From assembly GCA_001949185.1 (NCBI GenBank), contig BDGG01000004.1, forward strand, positions 335,620 through 399,619: a stretch of DNA of 64,000 nucleotides, in the 5' to 3' direction. Of this stretch, positions 51,145 to 63,800 are shown in pieces. The notes below the pieces were generated by a model, which was given only the letters and a program-made list of their open reading frames with translations, did no database searches and was not told where the DNA came from. Each line of letters starts with the position of its first letter. Position 1 is the first letter of the stretch. Source of the DNA: Ramazzottius varieornatus. Its lineage: Eukaryota > Animalia > Tardigrada. Both the position numbers and the translations under genes were made by a program.

Positions 51145-52393
51145 TTAACCCAAGTGACTGTTCTTTTCTTTCTGCATTACGACCTTCCCCGTTTGCAAAT
51201 TACCGGTTATCTCTCCGCCAGCCTGTGTCGCACCATCAGTAGTGGGATTCTGGCCAGTTGCCGAATTTGCGCTTAGACCCGAAGCCCGCGTTCGGTCGGC
51301 GGTACTTTCTTGGTTCGCCTGATTGATGCTCGTTGACTGACTGTTGCCTCCGGCACCGGCGTTACCTGCTGCAGCAGCGTTACCCTGGGAAGCTCCTTGC
51401 TTCTGGACTTGTTGGCTCCCTTGTTGCTGATTGTTAGAAGAGGAAAGGCCCTGGTTTGAGTTAAAACCTCCCTGGTTGAGATTGGTGTTGGGACGGGAAT
51501 TCAGGTTGAGGCCGGCACCACCCTGAAATCCACTGTTCAGGTTGCTGTTGAAGCCTTTGTTCTGGCCAAACGTGTTACCGGAGTTGAGACCAGATCCGAC
51601 AGCTCCAAATCGTTGGTTGTTGTCGCTGCTTTGACCGAACATGGTGTTCCTCATCTGCGAAGCGGACTGCAACTGACCCCCAGCCTGAGCAGCTCCTCCA
51701 GCGTTGGAGCCCTCTGTTCCCTGAGCTTGGTTGTTGGAAATACCCTGAGCGCGACTACCGCTCTCGTCCGCTTCCTGGTTAGCCTGGTTCAGGCTTGACG
51801 AGGAACCCACTCCACCAGCGCCGGCTTGACCTGCTGCGGCTCCCTGACCTTGAGCCTGGTTCTGCTTTTGGCCTTGCGAAGAAGAAGCTTTTTGGTTTAA
51901 GTTGGTGTTGCGCATGCTGTTCTGACCGACGTTGAGGTTCGATCCGACAGCGCCCAATCGTTGATTGATGTTGCTATTACTGTTCTGCCCCATCATGTTA
52001 GCCTTCATCTGGGAGGCGGACTGAAGCTGACCCCCAGCCTGAGCAGCTCCTCCAGCGTTGGAGCCCTCTGTTCCCTGAGCTTGGTTGTTGGAAATACCCT
52101 GAGCGCGACTACCGCTCTCGTCCGCTTCCTGGTTAGCCTGGTTCAAGCTCGACGAGGATCCAACTCCACCAGCACCGGCATTTCCCGCAGCGGCACCCTG
52201 ACCCTGCGATTGCTGAGTCTTCTGACCTTGTTGGTTGGAGTTCTGGAGATGGGTACTCGACTGCACTGCAAAGAAGATAAATCAAAATCGGATTCAGTAG
52301 AAGGGTCGTGGCAGTATACTGGGTCTGTTACTTACGAACGGCACAGTGGACGATGGCCACGCAGGCAAGGAGGACTGCAACTCGGGACAGCAT
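51145..52393 (-). CDS. Secreted low-complexity Q/N/G/S/A-rich repeat protein (~392 aa; exons 52393-52336, 52265-51145)
   Basis: Exon 1 encodes the signal peptide MLSRVAVLLACVAIVHCAV, followed by a 70-nt GTAAGT..TGCAG intron in matching phase. Exon 2 is a long open frame with three internal repeats. Confidence 0.85.
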
Positions 52394-53442
52394 GTTGCAG
52401 TACGTGGTGAGGAAAAGCTCTGTGGATAGAAATCTGCTGTAGAACACTAATGGTACGTTATAACGCTGAACAACATCCACTCATATTCAAGACGTGACGT
52501 ACGGAAGACTTCAGCTGTGGATATATTTATGTTATTCTAGCCGGTAGGCCTTTGGGCTCCTTTGTTGTTTCGCTGTTGCTCGCATCAACCGGAAACCAAC
52601 ATGAGTTATCACCAAAAAATAAAGTTGTCTCCGAGAATTTCCTGCAGGTCGGTGTATTAGTACCATACCGGCTGCTTGAAAAGTCGGCATTGCTACCGGT
52701 AAACAGTACCGGTAAACATGTTCCATTCGTGATCGCTAATGACACTGTTTACGAAAACACTGCACACCGCAAGTATCGCCTGGAATCATTAAACATGGAA
52801 AAGCTTCAAAAAATCGCTAGCCGCCGCCATGTTGGCACCACGATGGCAAGGCCGGAAAAATATCCATGATTTATTATCGCCTAACTGTGGATATTAAATA
52901 ACAAAGTTATGCACTGTATTGTTCAAGACCGTCGATAAATCTTGTACTTTTACTTGGGATAGCGCTGCGCCGACGGCAGACTACTCATCGATCCATCCAG
53001 GTTAGGTTGCAGCCACATGAATTTCTTCCTACGCGACGGCTGACAATACTGTAGTGGAAACACTCATCAGGTTGTTGCACAGCTTGTGTCGTCTGATGGC
53101 CAAGCCAATCGAAAAACCGAGGCTTCTTGACTGGTCTGGCATAAGGCACATCAGTGGCGTCGGCCTACAAAATGAACGGCAAAGTCCTTCATTCTAGCAT
53201 ATTTCCGACAATTGCATCTTTCTTCGTTCTGCCAAACACACATCTAATCGAGCCAAACCCAGAAGCGACTATTTGCACCGAATTATAGTTAACAGAAATC
53301 GGGACTGCGCAACAAAATTTTTACAGTCACATTGATACTACCGAAAAGGAGAAGTCTCGGCAAACAGATCGGAGAAACAGCAACCAAAACTGATCAACGA
53401 GATAGTCTAACAGCAAAGATGAATGAATGCCATTTCACAGTT

Positions 53443-56400
53443 TTAGAGTGCAGGATCGACATGTTTATCCTTCTTCTCGCCCATCTGACGCCGCTCCTGA
53501 CGGTCGTTCAGTATCTTGTTGTGGTGCTTCTCCAATGCCGGCAACTGAAACGAGAAAACATGTGTACAACCGTAAAATTATTTTCACGTCATTCAAACTG
53601 CCAATTTACCTCTTCATCGATTCGCTCAAATTGCCATGTCCAATTCGATTCGTACAGGAACTGACGATGATCGTAGCGATTGTCATCCGGGCTATATCGT
53701 TCAGCATGGTACGAAGGCGTCAGCGTCGTCATCTTGTGGCGGTTGATAGCGTACATGCGGAAGAAGTGCTTGACTTTGTCCGAGACCACCGACGGTGTGT
53801 ACCTTTCCGCCCACGTGTGGACCAGCTTGCAGAACATAGAGAAAGGACCACAACCGGCAATCTTCCGTAGGCGACCGAAATCGGACAGTTCCGCGTACGA
53901 CATTCCCATATCGGCCTGCAACAAAGTCAATCATACTATCGTTCACCCAAAACTCCAAGAAGTCCATCAAAGAATCATACCTCATTCATTTTCTAATTTG
54001 CCACATTTTTTCGATTTTTTGAGGTTGTTTTCTTGTTTCAAAATTCTTGGTTTTGTGAAGAAATTACCTCGTCAGTTTGCGAGACTTTACCCTGAGAAAG
54101 TGGTTCGAGCTCAGCCGTGGGAGGCGCCTCGAGCATGCTGTAATAAAATAAACGGGATGGCATCAAGTCACGAATTCACAAACGTTCTCTTCAAAGAAAG
54201 TTGGCAGACTAGGCTTACTCTAAAATTATCGGGATGTTAAACTCATTCGCACAATATTTCAGAAACTTCTTCAAATCTGTTTTGGAGATACTTCCGATGG
54301 GGTTGATATCCGCACTGGAGCAATCGTACTTGGTATAATACCCTCTCAAACTGCAAAACAAAACACAAGATGTTATTCAAAATGTTACACAATGTTATTT
54401 CGAAACAAATGGGAGCCAACAAAATCGACCAGACCGTTTTCCCAGTGGCGCAAGCTTACAGCCCTTTTCACCAAAACAGTGCGCCACTTGAAGAAACGTC
54501 TGGTCGAGTTTATTTGCCGAGCTCCCCAATTCCTTCTGCTCGTATTTTCTGAAAGGATCTTCTTGCCTTTCATCGACGTTGGAGGTACCAAGCACCAATA
54601 GTCCACCCGGTTTACCGTGTGCCCACAACAGCAACTGCGCAAAGAAGTACGACAAGACCATTCGCAATCTCGCCTGGATGTTCTGCAGCGCCAGGTTCTC
54701 CCGGTTCTCTCCGCCGTTGGCCTTGAACTTCGGTCGCGCGAAGCCCGCTGCCGTAAAGATGGTGATGATAGCCTCGACTGCGGCGTCAATCACAACACTG
54801 CGATGAGAAGCCCCAACAGCCTTGGCGACGACTTCCGCGCGCGTCTTGGTCTCTTCGGAAGAGTTCTCCGTCCCGAGGTAGCATGTGTGGAGGATTCGGC
54901 TGCAGAACTCTTGGGGATCTTTTGGTGTATACTCTTCGTCATTGACGATCCTTCTTGCGTCTATCAGCACTTGCTCATCTGAAAGCCAGCAATCCGAAAT
55001 CATCACAACTTTGAAATATCGGTAGTAAGGCAAGAAAACCTGCTTTTGATAAACCTGCACACAGAATACACACGAACAATAAACAGCTTGCTGTATGCAG
55101 GTTTGTGAAAGTCGGCCCATTCCGTCAGAAACCGTTCACAGACTTCCAAAGCGTGAGAAAGAAATTCGCAGTTTCTCCAAAGTAATTTAAAAAGCACATA
55201 CCTCCGTTTTTTACAGCGTTGACAACGATTCGGCACATAGAATGGACGATGCATGCCACGCTGCAGCTATCGATGCCGCCACTCAGTGGTAGGAAGAAAC
55301 CGCCTTGTTTACTGCGCCGAAGGTAATCCCACAACCAGCAAGCTGGTCCTCTTCTGTAAAACGATGTTCCATGATCACAGCCGAGTGATCCCTCAGCGTC
55401 AAGCTGATCGAAAAATAAGAGTAAACTTCGAAGTGACAGTTCAGAAGGCACTTACGCAATTTCTTCGTCGACTGTCGGTGTCTTGGGCTCGATCTTCTCC
55501 CCCGACGGCATTGACTGGTCATGTCCTTCCGAACCGGACAATGAAAAATCCACGAAGATGCGTGGATAAGGCTCTTGTTTGGAAGCCTAAATCAAAGAAA
55601 GTGTCACTAGTCAAAACATTCTTGAAATTACACGGATCGGCTTACCGCCGTGCTGCGACTTCGAACGGAATTTCTATAATGACGAATTTCCTCCAGGTCA
55701 ATCACACTTGTTAAGACTTCCTGGAGATAAGAATGATAGCCGTCCATAATCAAACGGACGACCGCGAACATGGCGAAAGATGGCAAACAGTAGAACAGAA
55801 CACTTACTACTTCGCTCAAGGAGAAGAGCTCTCCTTGCGCTATCAGTTCGCCATTCATTGCGATATGGCTACCGCCAAAGTAATACATTCGTTCCCCATC
55901 ACATCCTCGTTGGTTCGCGTACAGGTAGACACCACCATTCTGAAATGAACACGATTGTTGTTTTCACGTATTTGAGGGCAAAACATTGCATACCTTGCTT
56001 GTGGCTGATTTGACCAGGTCCATGACGTTAGTGACTTTTCGCAGTTCATGGTAGCTGGCGCTGGCATTGGTGAAGATCTCCACGCCATCCAAGCCCAGAG
56101 GAATATGCGAGCTAGCCGGCATCCACAATTCTTCGCATGTTTCGGAGGCGATGGCCGTGTCACGGGTCGACAGTACACAGTCACCAAAAGGTACGGTATC
56201 CTAAACAATGACCGCTGAATTGAACATTCTGCTCGAAAACTGACACCCAACTCTTGTAAGCCAGAATTTTCTTACTTGTCCCGTGATTTTCGTGATCATG
56301 CGGGGCAAGTAATGGTCCTCGATGTAACGCTTCTTGGGCCAAGGTATAAACCAGCGGGTTTCCCGATAGTTTCCGTCATCACAGTTCGCCACTTTGGGAC

Positions 56401-57049
56401 GAATCAGCAAAATCTTGCTGGAAGGACAAGAGCAATCAGTCATGCAGACGAGCTTCTCACACCAAACTTCTCACTTACTGGTTCAGAAACACAACCCGAC
56501 AGTTGTAGACCACGTTCTTGTGCATCAATGGCCTAGAGGAAGATTGAATGGTCAAGTGATGAACGTTGGCGGGCCTTTTGGACCGGAAGGCACTTACATT
56601 CCGACATCGCAGATAATGTCCGTGCAAGTCTTGTCCTGTAGTAAAGAAGCCAGTACTTGCCAGGAGTGAAGAAGAGTATCGCTCTCCAAGAAATGGTCCG
56701 CGCAGCCATAACCACTACGAACAGACGGTTATGTGTCATGTAGTTACGACCGGAAGTGAATTTGGTCTTCTTGTTACGCAGTTTAAACGGCCAAAAAAAC
56801 GAAACTTACCTGATCTCGAGTTCGGGTCCAACACGAAGGCGAGCTCCTTTCGCTTTAGCTTCTTGGATACCTGGAGCAAACGGAGTAAACACAGAGCTAC
56901 GCACGTTAGGAATGTGTCGGCAGAAAACAGCTCTAAAGCTTTCCCCAAAGTTCCCCGGACCTACTTTTGCGAATTCTTTCAAGGTTTCCCGTAAAGTCCA
57001 TAGCCCACTGGTTCAGCGTGCAAGCCGCTAGTACAACTTTCCTTCCCAT
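53443..57049 (-). CDS. NADSYN1: Glutamine-dependent NAD+ synthetase, multi-exon
   Basis: '[19 protein letters not shown]', '[18 protein letters not shown]', '[12 protein letters not shown]', '[15 protein letters not shown]', '[15 protein letters not shown]', '[31 protein letters not shown]'. Confidence 0.95.
54410..54528. repeat. Intronic palindromic repeat family C, copy 3
   Basis: GGGAGC..TCGACCAGAC..AGTGGCGCA / TGCGCCACT..GTCTGGTCGA..GCTCCC inverted arms. Confidence 0.65.
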
Positions 57050-57694
57050 TGTGAAGTTTCTGCACTATCACTGTCTTTAAGGGATAAGGTAAGGCTAATA
57101 CTGATGGGGCGATCCTTTCTTCCAGTATGTAGGAGTACACCGGCATCGACTGATTGTTGATCGATCCTTGAGTGGCGCTATGAGATTCCGTCCGCGCGAA
57201 CTTCACGATCGGAGGTCCGACTGCTTTCGCTTCCTTCGCGTAGATCCAGTCGCTAATCGGGTATACCCGCAGAAACACACACCGGACACGGAGATGCCTA
57301 GAAATTCTGAGGAAATTAACGGGAAGATTCGTTTTGGAAACTAAAAAGCCAAACAAATTTCGGAGTCGCAGCAGTTGACAGCTACCGGGTGCAGATTATC
57401 GGAAAGTGTTATAGACACTGTTGGAATCCGTGAAATAAGCCTTACGGGTCAGCCGTCAATACAACCTAGTACCCAGTTGAGTTCACCAGTTGTACGACTG
57501 AATGTCTGGAAATATCACGTGACGGCTTTAGTGTAACTCACGTCTGAGAAGCCACGTGATCGTTATAGCATGTGGGCTTCCTGCTGTACAGTATCTGTTC
57601 ACTCTACCATGCGGCGAAATTTCAGTGCGTCTTTCCGACAGAGGATTACTGCGTTTCTCGAGTTTGGTCCGGACGTTCGGAGTTTCTGTTCCAT

Positions 57695-57712
57695 CTTTTT
57701 CCTCTATCTTGC
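57695..57712 (+). promoter_or_regulatory. TCT / 5'-TOP pyrimidine tract of a ribosomal protein gene
   Basis: CTTTTTCCTCTATCTTGC immediately upstream of the RPL31 ATG. Confidence 0.55.
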
Positions 57713-57715
57713 ACC

Positions 57716-58306
57716 ATGAATCGAAAGCGAGAAGGAAGGAGGAAGAAGGGAGCGACCAACGAAGTTGTTACCCGGGAATACACCATCAATGTGCACAAGC
57801 GCCTTCATAAAGTGTAAGTCAGTCCTTGTTTGGAGTTCGCTGGACGATTCTGTGCTGATGTCTCCTCGTGCTTTCGCAGTGGATTCAAGAAGCGAGCTCC
57901 GCGTGCCATTAAGGAAATCCGCAAGTTTGCCAAGGTGCAAATGGGCACTGAAGATGTTCGAGTAGACACCAAACTCAACAAGTTCGTCTGGTCCAAAGGC
58001 ATAAGGTATGTTACGATTGATTGGTGTGGATTCCAGTGTGGCTTGATTGACTAGGTGAACTCTAATGGAAATTTTCATGCTCTTTCAGAGGAGTTCCGTT
58101 CCGAGTCCGTGTGAGGTTATCACGCAGACGAAATGAAGACGAAGATTCTCCCCATAAGCTTTACACCCTGGTGACGTGGGTACCCGTCGAAGGATTCAAA
58201 GGTAAGAATGCCAAACGTATCATAACAAGCTGTTGGATCCTCCTGTTCGGCTTGTATCGTTTTCTTTGCAGGTCTTCAGACTAACAACGTTGATAACGAG
58301 GAATAA
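57716..58306 (+). CDS. RPL31: 60S ribosomal protein L31 (exons 57716-57813, 57880-58005, 58089-58201, 58272-58306)
   Basis: '[19 protein letters not shown]|[42 protein letters not shown]|[28 protein letters not shown]'. Confidence 0.96.
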
Positions 58307-58680
58307 GCTCCATCTTGCTGTTCTTCAGAGCTAAATGTATCCTGAAATGTATCAAACACCTGTTTAGAACGGACTTGTAGAACTCTTGTGGTATTTTGTC
58401 AGACTTTTCCACCTGTCTGAAAAGTGAATGAATTGGTAGTTCCATCGTTGATGCACCCTTCTTTTTCAGTAGTGTAAATTGAAGATAATTACTAGCATTT
58501 CGACACCTCGTTCGCTGGTAAAGCAGTAAAAAACGTGGCTTCACCGAAAGCGAAATTTGTACAAGATAGGTAATTTAAGCACAGTAATAGATTAAAAACT
58601 GGAAATTCAAACAGTTGACCGGGAAGCTACACGATAACACTGCATTATCGATACGTCTATAAAAAAGGAACGAAGAAGAA

Positions 58681-61127
58681 TTAACTTTTCTGGAAAATCA
58701 CCGGCGTGTTTTCTATGAGAATCTGCGTGAAATTATTTATTGGTGCGAGAGAAGAAAGCGACACTTGGTCGTTCTTGGGCCAAATCAGGTTCGGCCCGAA
58801 AACGATGGCAAGGTTGGACGGGGTCATGTGATTCTTTTCAGCTTTCCTGGAGATTTCATGGAGGAAGACCATGATGTACTGCAGGAGGATGTAATTATCC
58901 TCCGGAAGGTTCTCCTGTAGCATGACTCGGATTACTGCCGGCTTATCCGCTGGAGTCAAACCTGTGAGTAAAATAAATCAATATAAAATTCGAGACCACG
59001 ACTGCTCGTTGAACACTCTTCCTTGCATGGATGGTACTCCATAAAAAAGGATTCCTGACACTGCGAGTGGTCTCTCGTACCAAAGGATAGTCAGAAAGCC
59101 ACATTCACACCAGAGCAAAGTACCTACATACCAAAAGCACTGGTCAGTCAACAACGCCCACGTATGTAGGTGCATGAAAGTTGCCCTGTCGGTTTCTAAC
59201 GAATGGTTTATTGGTTCTTTCGACCCAAGGGGGTTCGCAAATCTTCTACTTTACTTCGGTGATACCTTGGAGGGCGAGAACACTGTCGTAAAGAGGGTAA
59301 GTCAGGATGGGTTCGGGTAGTTCTCGGAGGAAGGCTTTGAGGAGGACTGCAGCCAGATGAACATCGCCGTAAGACTCGAGATTGACGCTTTCGCCGCGAT
59401 TCACCAGTGATTGAAACTCTCTCACTGTCAGGATGTTAGCTGAGCGTCGGAAAATATGCTCGGTTTCCGCGCCTTAGCGAATCACAAAAATCGATAAGTC
59501 TGCTGATGAAAATTACCGAGGACATTCGAGCTGGCAATTACGTACCATTTGACCGGAGATACTCCACAATTTGTTTCACGACGGGCGGAATCGACGTTCC
59601 TTTATTCTCTTTGATGCTGAAGAGGAAAGAATATAAAATGCACAGTTTATTTTACCGATTATTCAATGCGTTCAAGACTCAGGAGATTTCCCTACTGTCT
59701 CAAAGAAGCCCCAAATTCCTGCGTTGGCAAAGGCGCCATCACCGAAGGAGATCGGGACATCGCAGCTGCTCGTTGCTTGTTCGTCTTCACTTCTTCATCG
59801 TGTCTGTAAGAAAATCGAAGAGCTCTAAATTCAGGCTAGACGGTTCACAGGAGTCACTTACCTGAGGACAGGTTCCGGAATATTAATGTGAGAGATATTC
59901 AGATATTCTTTCAGCTCGTCCAAAGACTGCACGTAGATCATTTTCTTCCCAAACTTGTAACTGGAAGATACAGAACAAACAAAATTTGGCAAAGACTTGA
60001 TTTCATCCATACGGAAGAGGAGAACAGGAGTGAATTTGGTTGTCTTACCTGATCACGACCTTCATGCAGGAGTACATAATTTTGACAAAGTTGGTCGGAT
60101 GGACGAGGTAGAGTGCCTTGAGGTTCTTCTTGTACCTGGAAACCGAAGCGTGCATCTTAGATTCAGACCTCACAAGGAGAAACAGCGGAAACAACGGGAA
60201 ACAGTTTGAGCAAATCAGGAAGGAACAGAACTTACTTTCGGTCGAAGCATTTGTAAGCCTGGACGAGCCAGCTTAATGGCAGCTTGTTGTCGCCGTTCAG
60301 CCCGAAATGAAAGTAAACCAGCACGTAATCATTCTGGACATATTGATCCAGCACATGCAGAAGGTATCTGTGGAAGCACAAAAGCAGCTTTTTATTGTAC
60401 AGTCCATGTGAATTAATCCCGGCAGTAAACATGGCGCCATCGATAAATCGATACGCTTGTCAGAATAGAAACCAGGGCCTTATTAATGCAACTATAGTGC
60501 ACGATATCCCGGTTTCTACTCACATACACCCATGATCTAACAGCGGAAACGCCCTCTGGTGGGTGTGGCTCAGCTTGCACCGTCACGGTTAGAAAACAGG
60601 CTTCTGCGCAGCGCGGTATACGACACGAGTGACAAGGTTTCTAGTTTGCTGAGCCAGATATGGTAAACCCATCGTAAAATGGCTTTGCAACAATCAAACA
60701 AATGCCTGCTTACTGCAACAACAGCTGATGGTCGTATGATTTGTTGGACGGTAGCCTGCAGGCGCTGATGCAGATGACTTTCCTCCCGAAACTGTCGTCG
60801 CCGGACACGTCCACGATTCCCAGCTTCGGGATGTCTCCAAATTTTGTCAACACGCTAAAGTCCGGCTCAGGCATCCCCAACTCTCCCTCAAAGTCTTCGT
60901 CAAACTGTACAGCTGAGATCGATGTCAATTCGTCCATCGTTGGACCTTCCACTGCAAACAACGAGAAACACAGTAAAATCGTCTGTAGAATCAAACATAA
61001 AATTATGCATACGGTCGTCCTCCTCCTCATTGTCGTCAAACAACAGTTCGTCATCGTCAAACTGTAGCTGAGGCTCGTCTAGCTCCACATGGACTCCGTT
61101 GACGTTGAATGTCCTTTTGGTGGCCAT
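58681..61127 (-). CDS. ARHGAP1: Rho GTPase-activating protein 1/8 family (BCH/CRAL-TRIO + RhoGAP), multi-exon
   Basis: '[18 protein letters not shown]', '[18 protein letters not shown]', 'IFRRSAN', '[11 protein letters not shown]', '[16 protein letters not shown]'. Confidence 0.92.
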
Positions 61128-61633
61128 CACGTGGCACGGGGGCTGCAACCTTTGCGTCCCGTTCCGTCCGACCGTGCGCCTTCTTCACTACCTGCAATAA
61201 GGCGTAACACATCCGGCATAGCCTCGCACACAATCAGTAATCGAGAAGGCTACCCATCAACGGCCACAAGGTAGCACGCTCACCTGAGCTTATCAAAACA
61301 ATTGACGAAAACAACATTTTCATGATCACCAGAGCGTGAAAATTTTCCGAGCACCTGGCCTGATCAAGACCTCACCAATCAACGACCCACCCGTACAAAA
61401 GTTTCTCTTCGAGTTGATTTGACCGGAAATTGATCATGTAAAGTGTGGACAAGCAATAAGCATTGCCAGTTTCAGTTTGTCATTCTAGACCTTATGACTT
61501 CTAGTCAATCTCTCCCCTTTTCTTCTAACAACATCAGTCGATTCTGGATGTTTTCTGGTGGGGTAGACTGACCAGAGTGAAGCGGAAGACCTGTGCGCCT
61601 ATCTTCGTGATAGGACTTTGCTGGTGCTGGAAA

Positions 61634-63800
61634 ATGTCGGAAGCTGAACTGGAACTGTACAGAACGCAGGTACTTGCGTCCCGTTTGATCTTAATCGCTC
61701 ACTGTTTCCAGTTTGATGTGTTGTCCACTTCAGAAAGAGCAAATTGTGGCAATAATAACAACGCTGAGTGAGCCGGACCCAGCCATGGTGGATCTCGTGA
61801 CTTCACTGGACGAGATGATCCTTCTTTTGGAAGGTTAGTTTGTTTTATTTTCGGTGGCTCACTTGGTCTGTGATTTCGTATGTAATTTTGCGCAGCTTTA
61901 ATAAGTAAGTATCCACCTTGTTAAAATTCTTTCCGTTCTCTAGCCAGGCTTCACGAGGAGAAACCGGCGAATGACGGCGATAAGCCACGCTGCGCGGAGA
62001 ACAAGCCAAGCGATTCACTTGGTGTCATGGAGGACGAACCTTCTTTTCCTGGTCCAAATGTTTCTTCTTCCGACCTCGCCAAGGCGGAAGAAGACCTGCG
62101 CGCCTCCCTTCTGCACATGCAATGCAGAGCACCTTTTCAACATTTCTGGGGTCAAAAACGGTACCATAATGCCATGATTCATGCTGTGGAAGAAAGAGGC
62201 TCGGCAGACGATGGTATCGGCGAAGACGATCTTCACGTTCGCGTGTTGTTCCTGCAGCCGACTCACCGCCGAATGGCCCCTTGTAAATTCTACCTGGACG
62301 GCAAATGTCGATTCGACGAGAAACAGTGCCACTTTTCACATGGTGAAGTCTTTCGTTTGGACGAACTTGAACCTTACGTCCCACCAGATTTCGCGTAAGA
62401 GTGATAGAGAGTTCTTATTCGAATTTATTCTTAATTACAATATTTTCAGAGCTCTGAAGGTTGGATCTGCCTGTCTCTGCATGTTAGAGGTGGAGGAAGG
62501 ACTGTGGGAACATGGAACGATCGCTGATATAACTCCCACGACCGAAACAGAGGAAGGCGAAATAACGGTGCGGATCGACGGAAGGAAGAATATTCGAATC
62601 GTTTCGATCGCCCAGCTTGTTCCCGACCCACCACCTGACAAGCCTGAAGAGGATGAGGAAGCGGACGGAGCAGATGAAACGATCGATATCGAAGGTCTGG
62701 AAGGTGCAGATGCCGGTGAAGAAGAAGAACAGGAAGCAGAAATGACATTCGTCCCGCATTCAGCATGGTCGCAGTCTTCGCATGTTGCCCAAGTCGACAA
62801 CAGTTTTGCCGGGTGGGAAGCCCACACGAAGGGCGTCGGGTCGAAGCTTATGAGCCAAATGGGCTTCGTGGTGGGACAGGGACTGGGGAGAAACTCTGGT
62901 GGGAGAACCGAACCGGTGGAGGCGCAGGTGTTACCGAAAGGTAAAATGTAGTACTACCGGTCCGACCGAATATTCCATTCATTTTTATCAGCATTTCAAA
63001 AACAAAGGCTGTATCACGGTTTGCGAAGAAAGTTGTTGTGACCATAGACGTCTACTGATCGTAGTTAATCGGTTGTCCTGTCGGAGAGTGCTTTGTGGTT
63101 GTTGTCCTGTTGATGACGTTTTTCTACAGGTCGTTCTCTGGATTACTGTATGGCGCTTCGCGAGCAAAAAGATTTTCCAAAAGTCGCCAAGCCGAAGAAA
63201 AAACCGAAGCTCCTTAAAGGACTGGAAGCTAACGCGTTAAAGCGGAAACAGAAGAAAAATGTCTTCGACGTATTGAATTCTCATCTGGGTGGTAAAAGGC
63301 CGGTGAAAGCACCAACAGAAAAAAATGTACTCAATTTCAACCCGGAACTTGAGTTACGGAAAAACAAGGTCTCCAAAGGTTCATCCGGTTCTCAGGCGAA
63401 GAACTTGAATGTCGAAGTACGACTTCTCCACTGAATTCTGACTTGTGTAATATTTCACTAAATTTTGTTGTTGTTCCTTATTTTCAGGTCCTCAAGGTGC
63501 ACGATAAGATGAAAAGTCTGGAAAGGGAACTAATCGGTCTCCGGTCGTCTCACGAGAGAAGCCTGACCAGGTACTTTAGTGCGTATCTCTCCGTGATTCT
63601 ATTGTGAAATGAGGTGTGCTCTGTTTTTGGGTAGCGTCGGTAATCGATTACTCTGTTCCAGCGATAAGCGAGCTGCCGCTTCGCTAGCGTCCAAAATCAA
63701 GGCGAAAGAAACCGAGCTATCGGCCTTGCAGAAAACGGACACTACTCTGTCCCAGATGAAAGCCAGGGAAAAGGTGATGAAAGACACTGTGGTATTCTGA
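61634..63800 (+). CDS. ZGPAT: Zinc finger CCCH-type with G-patch domain protein, multi-exon
   Basis: 'VRVLFLQPTHRRMAPCKFYLDGKCRFDEKQCHFSHGE', Tudor-like segment, G-patch 'WEAHTKGVGSKLMSQMGFVVGQGLGRNSGGRTEPV'. Confidence 0.93.

Noticed and set aside
58331-58345. CTAAATGTATCCTGA similar to the 3' part of miR-iab-4
   Set aside because: No seed match or hairpin; lies in the RPL31 3' UTR.
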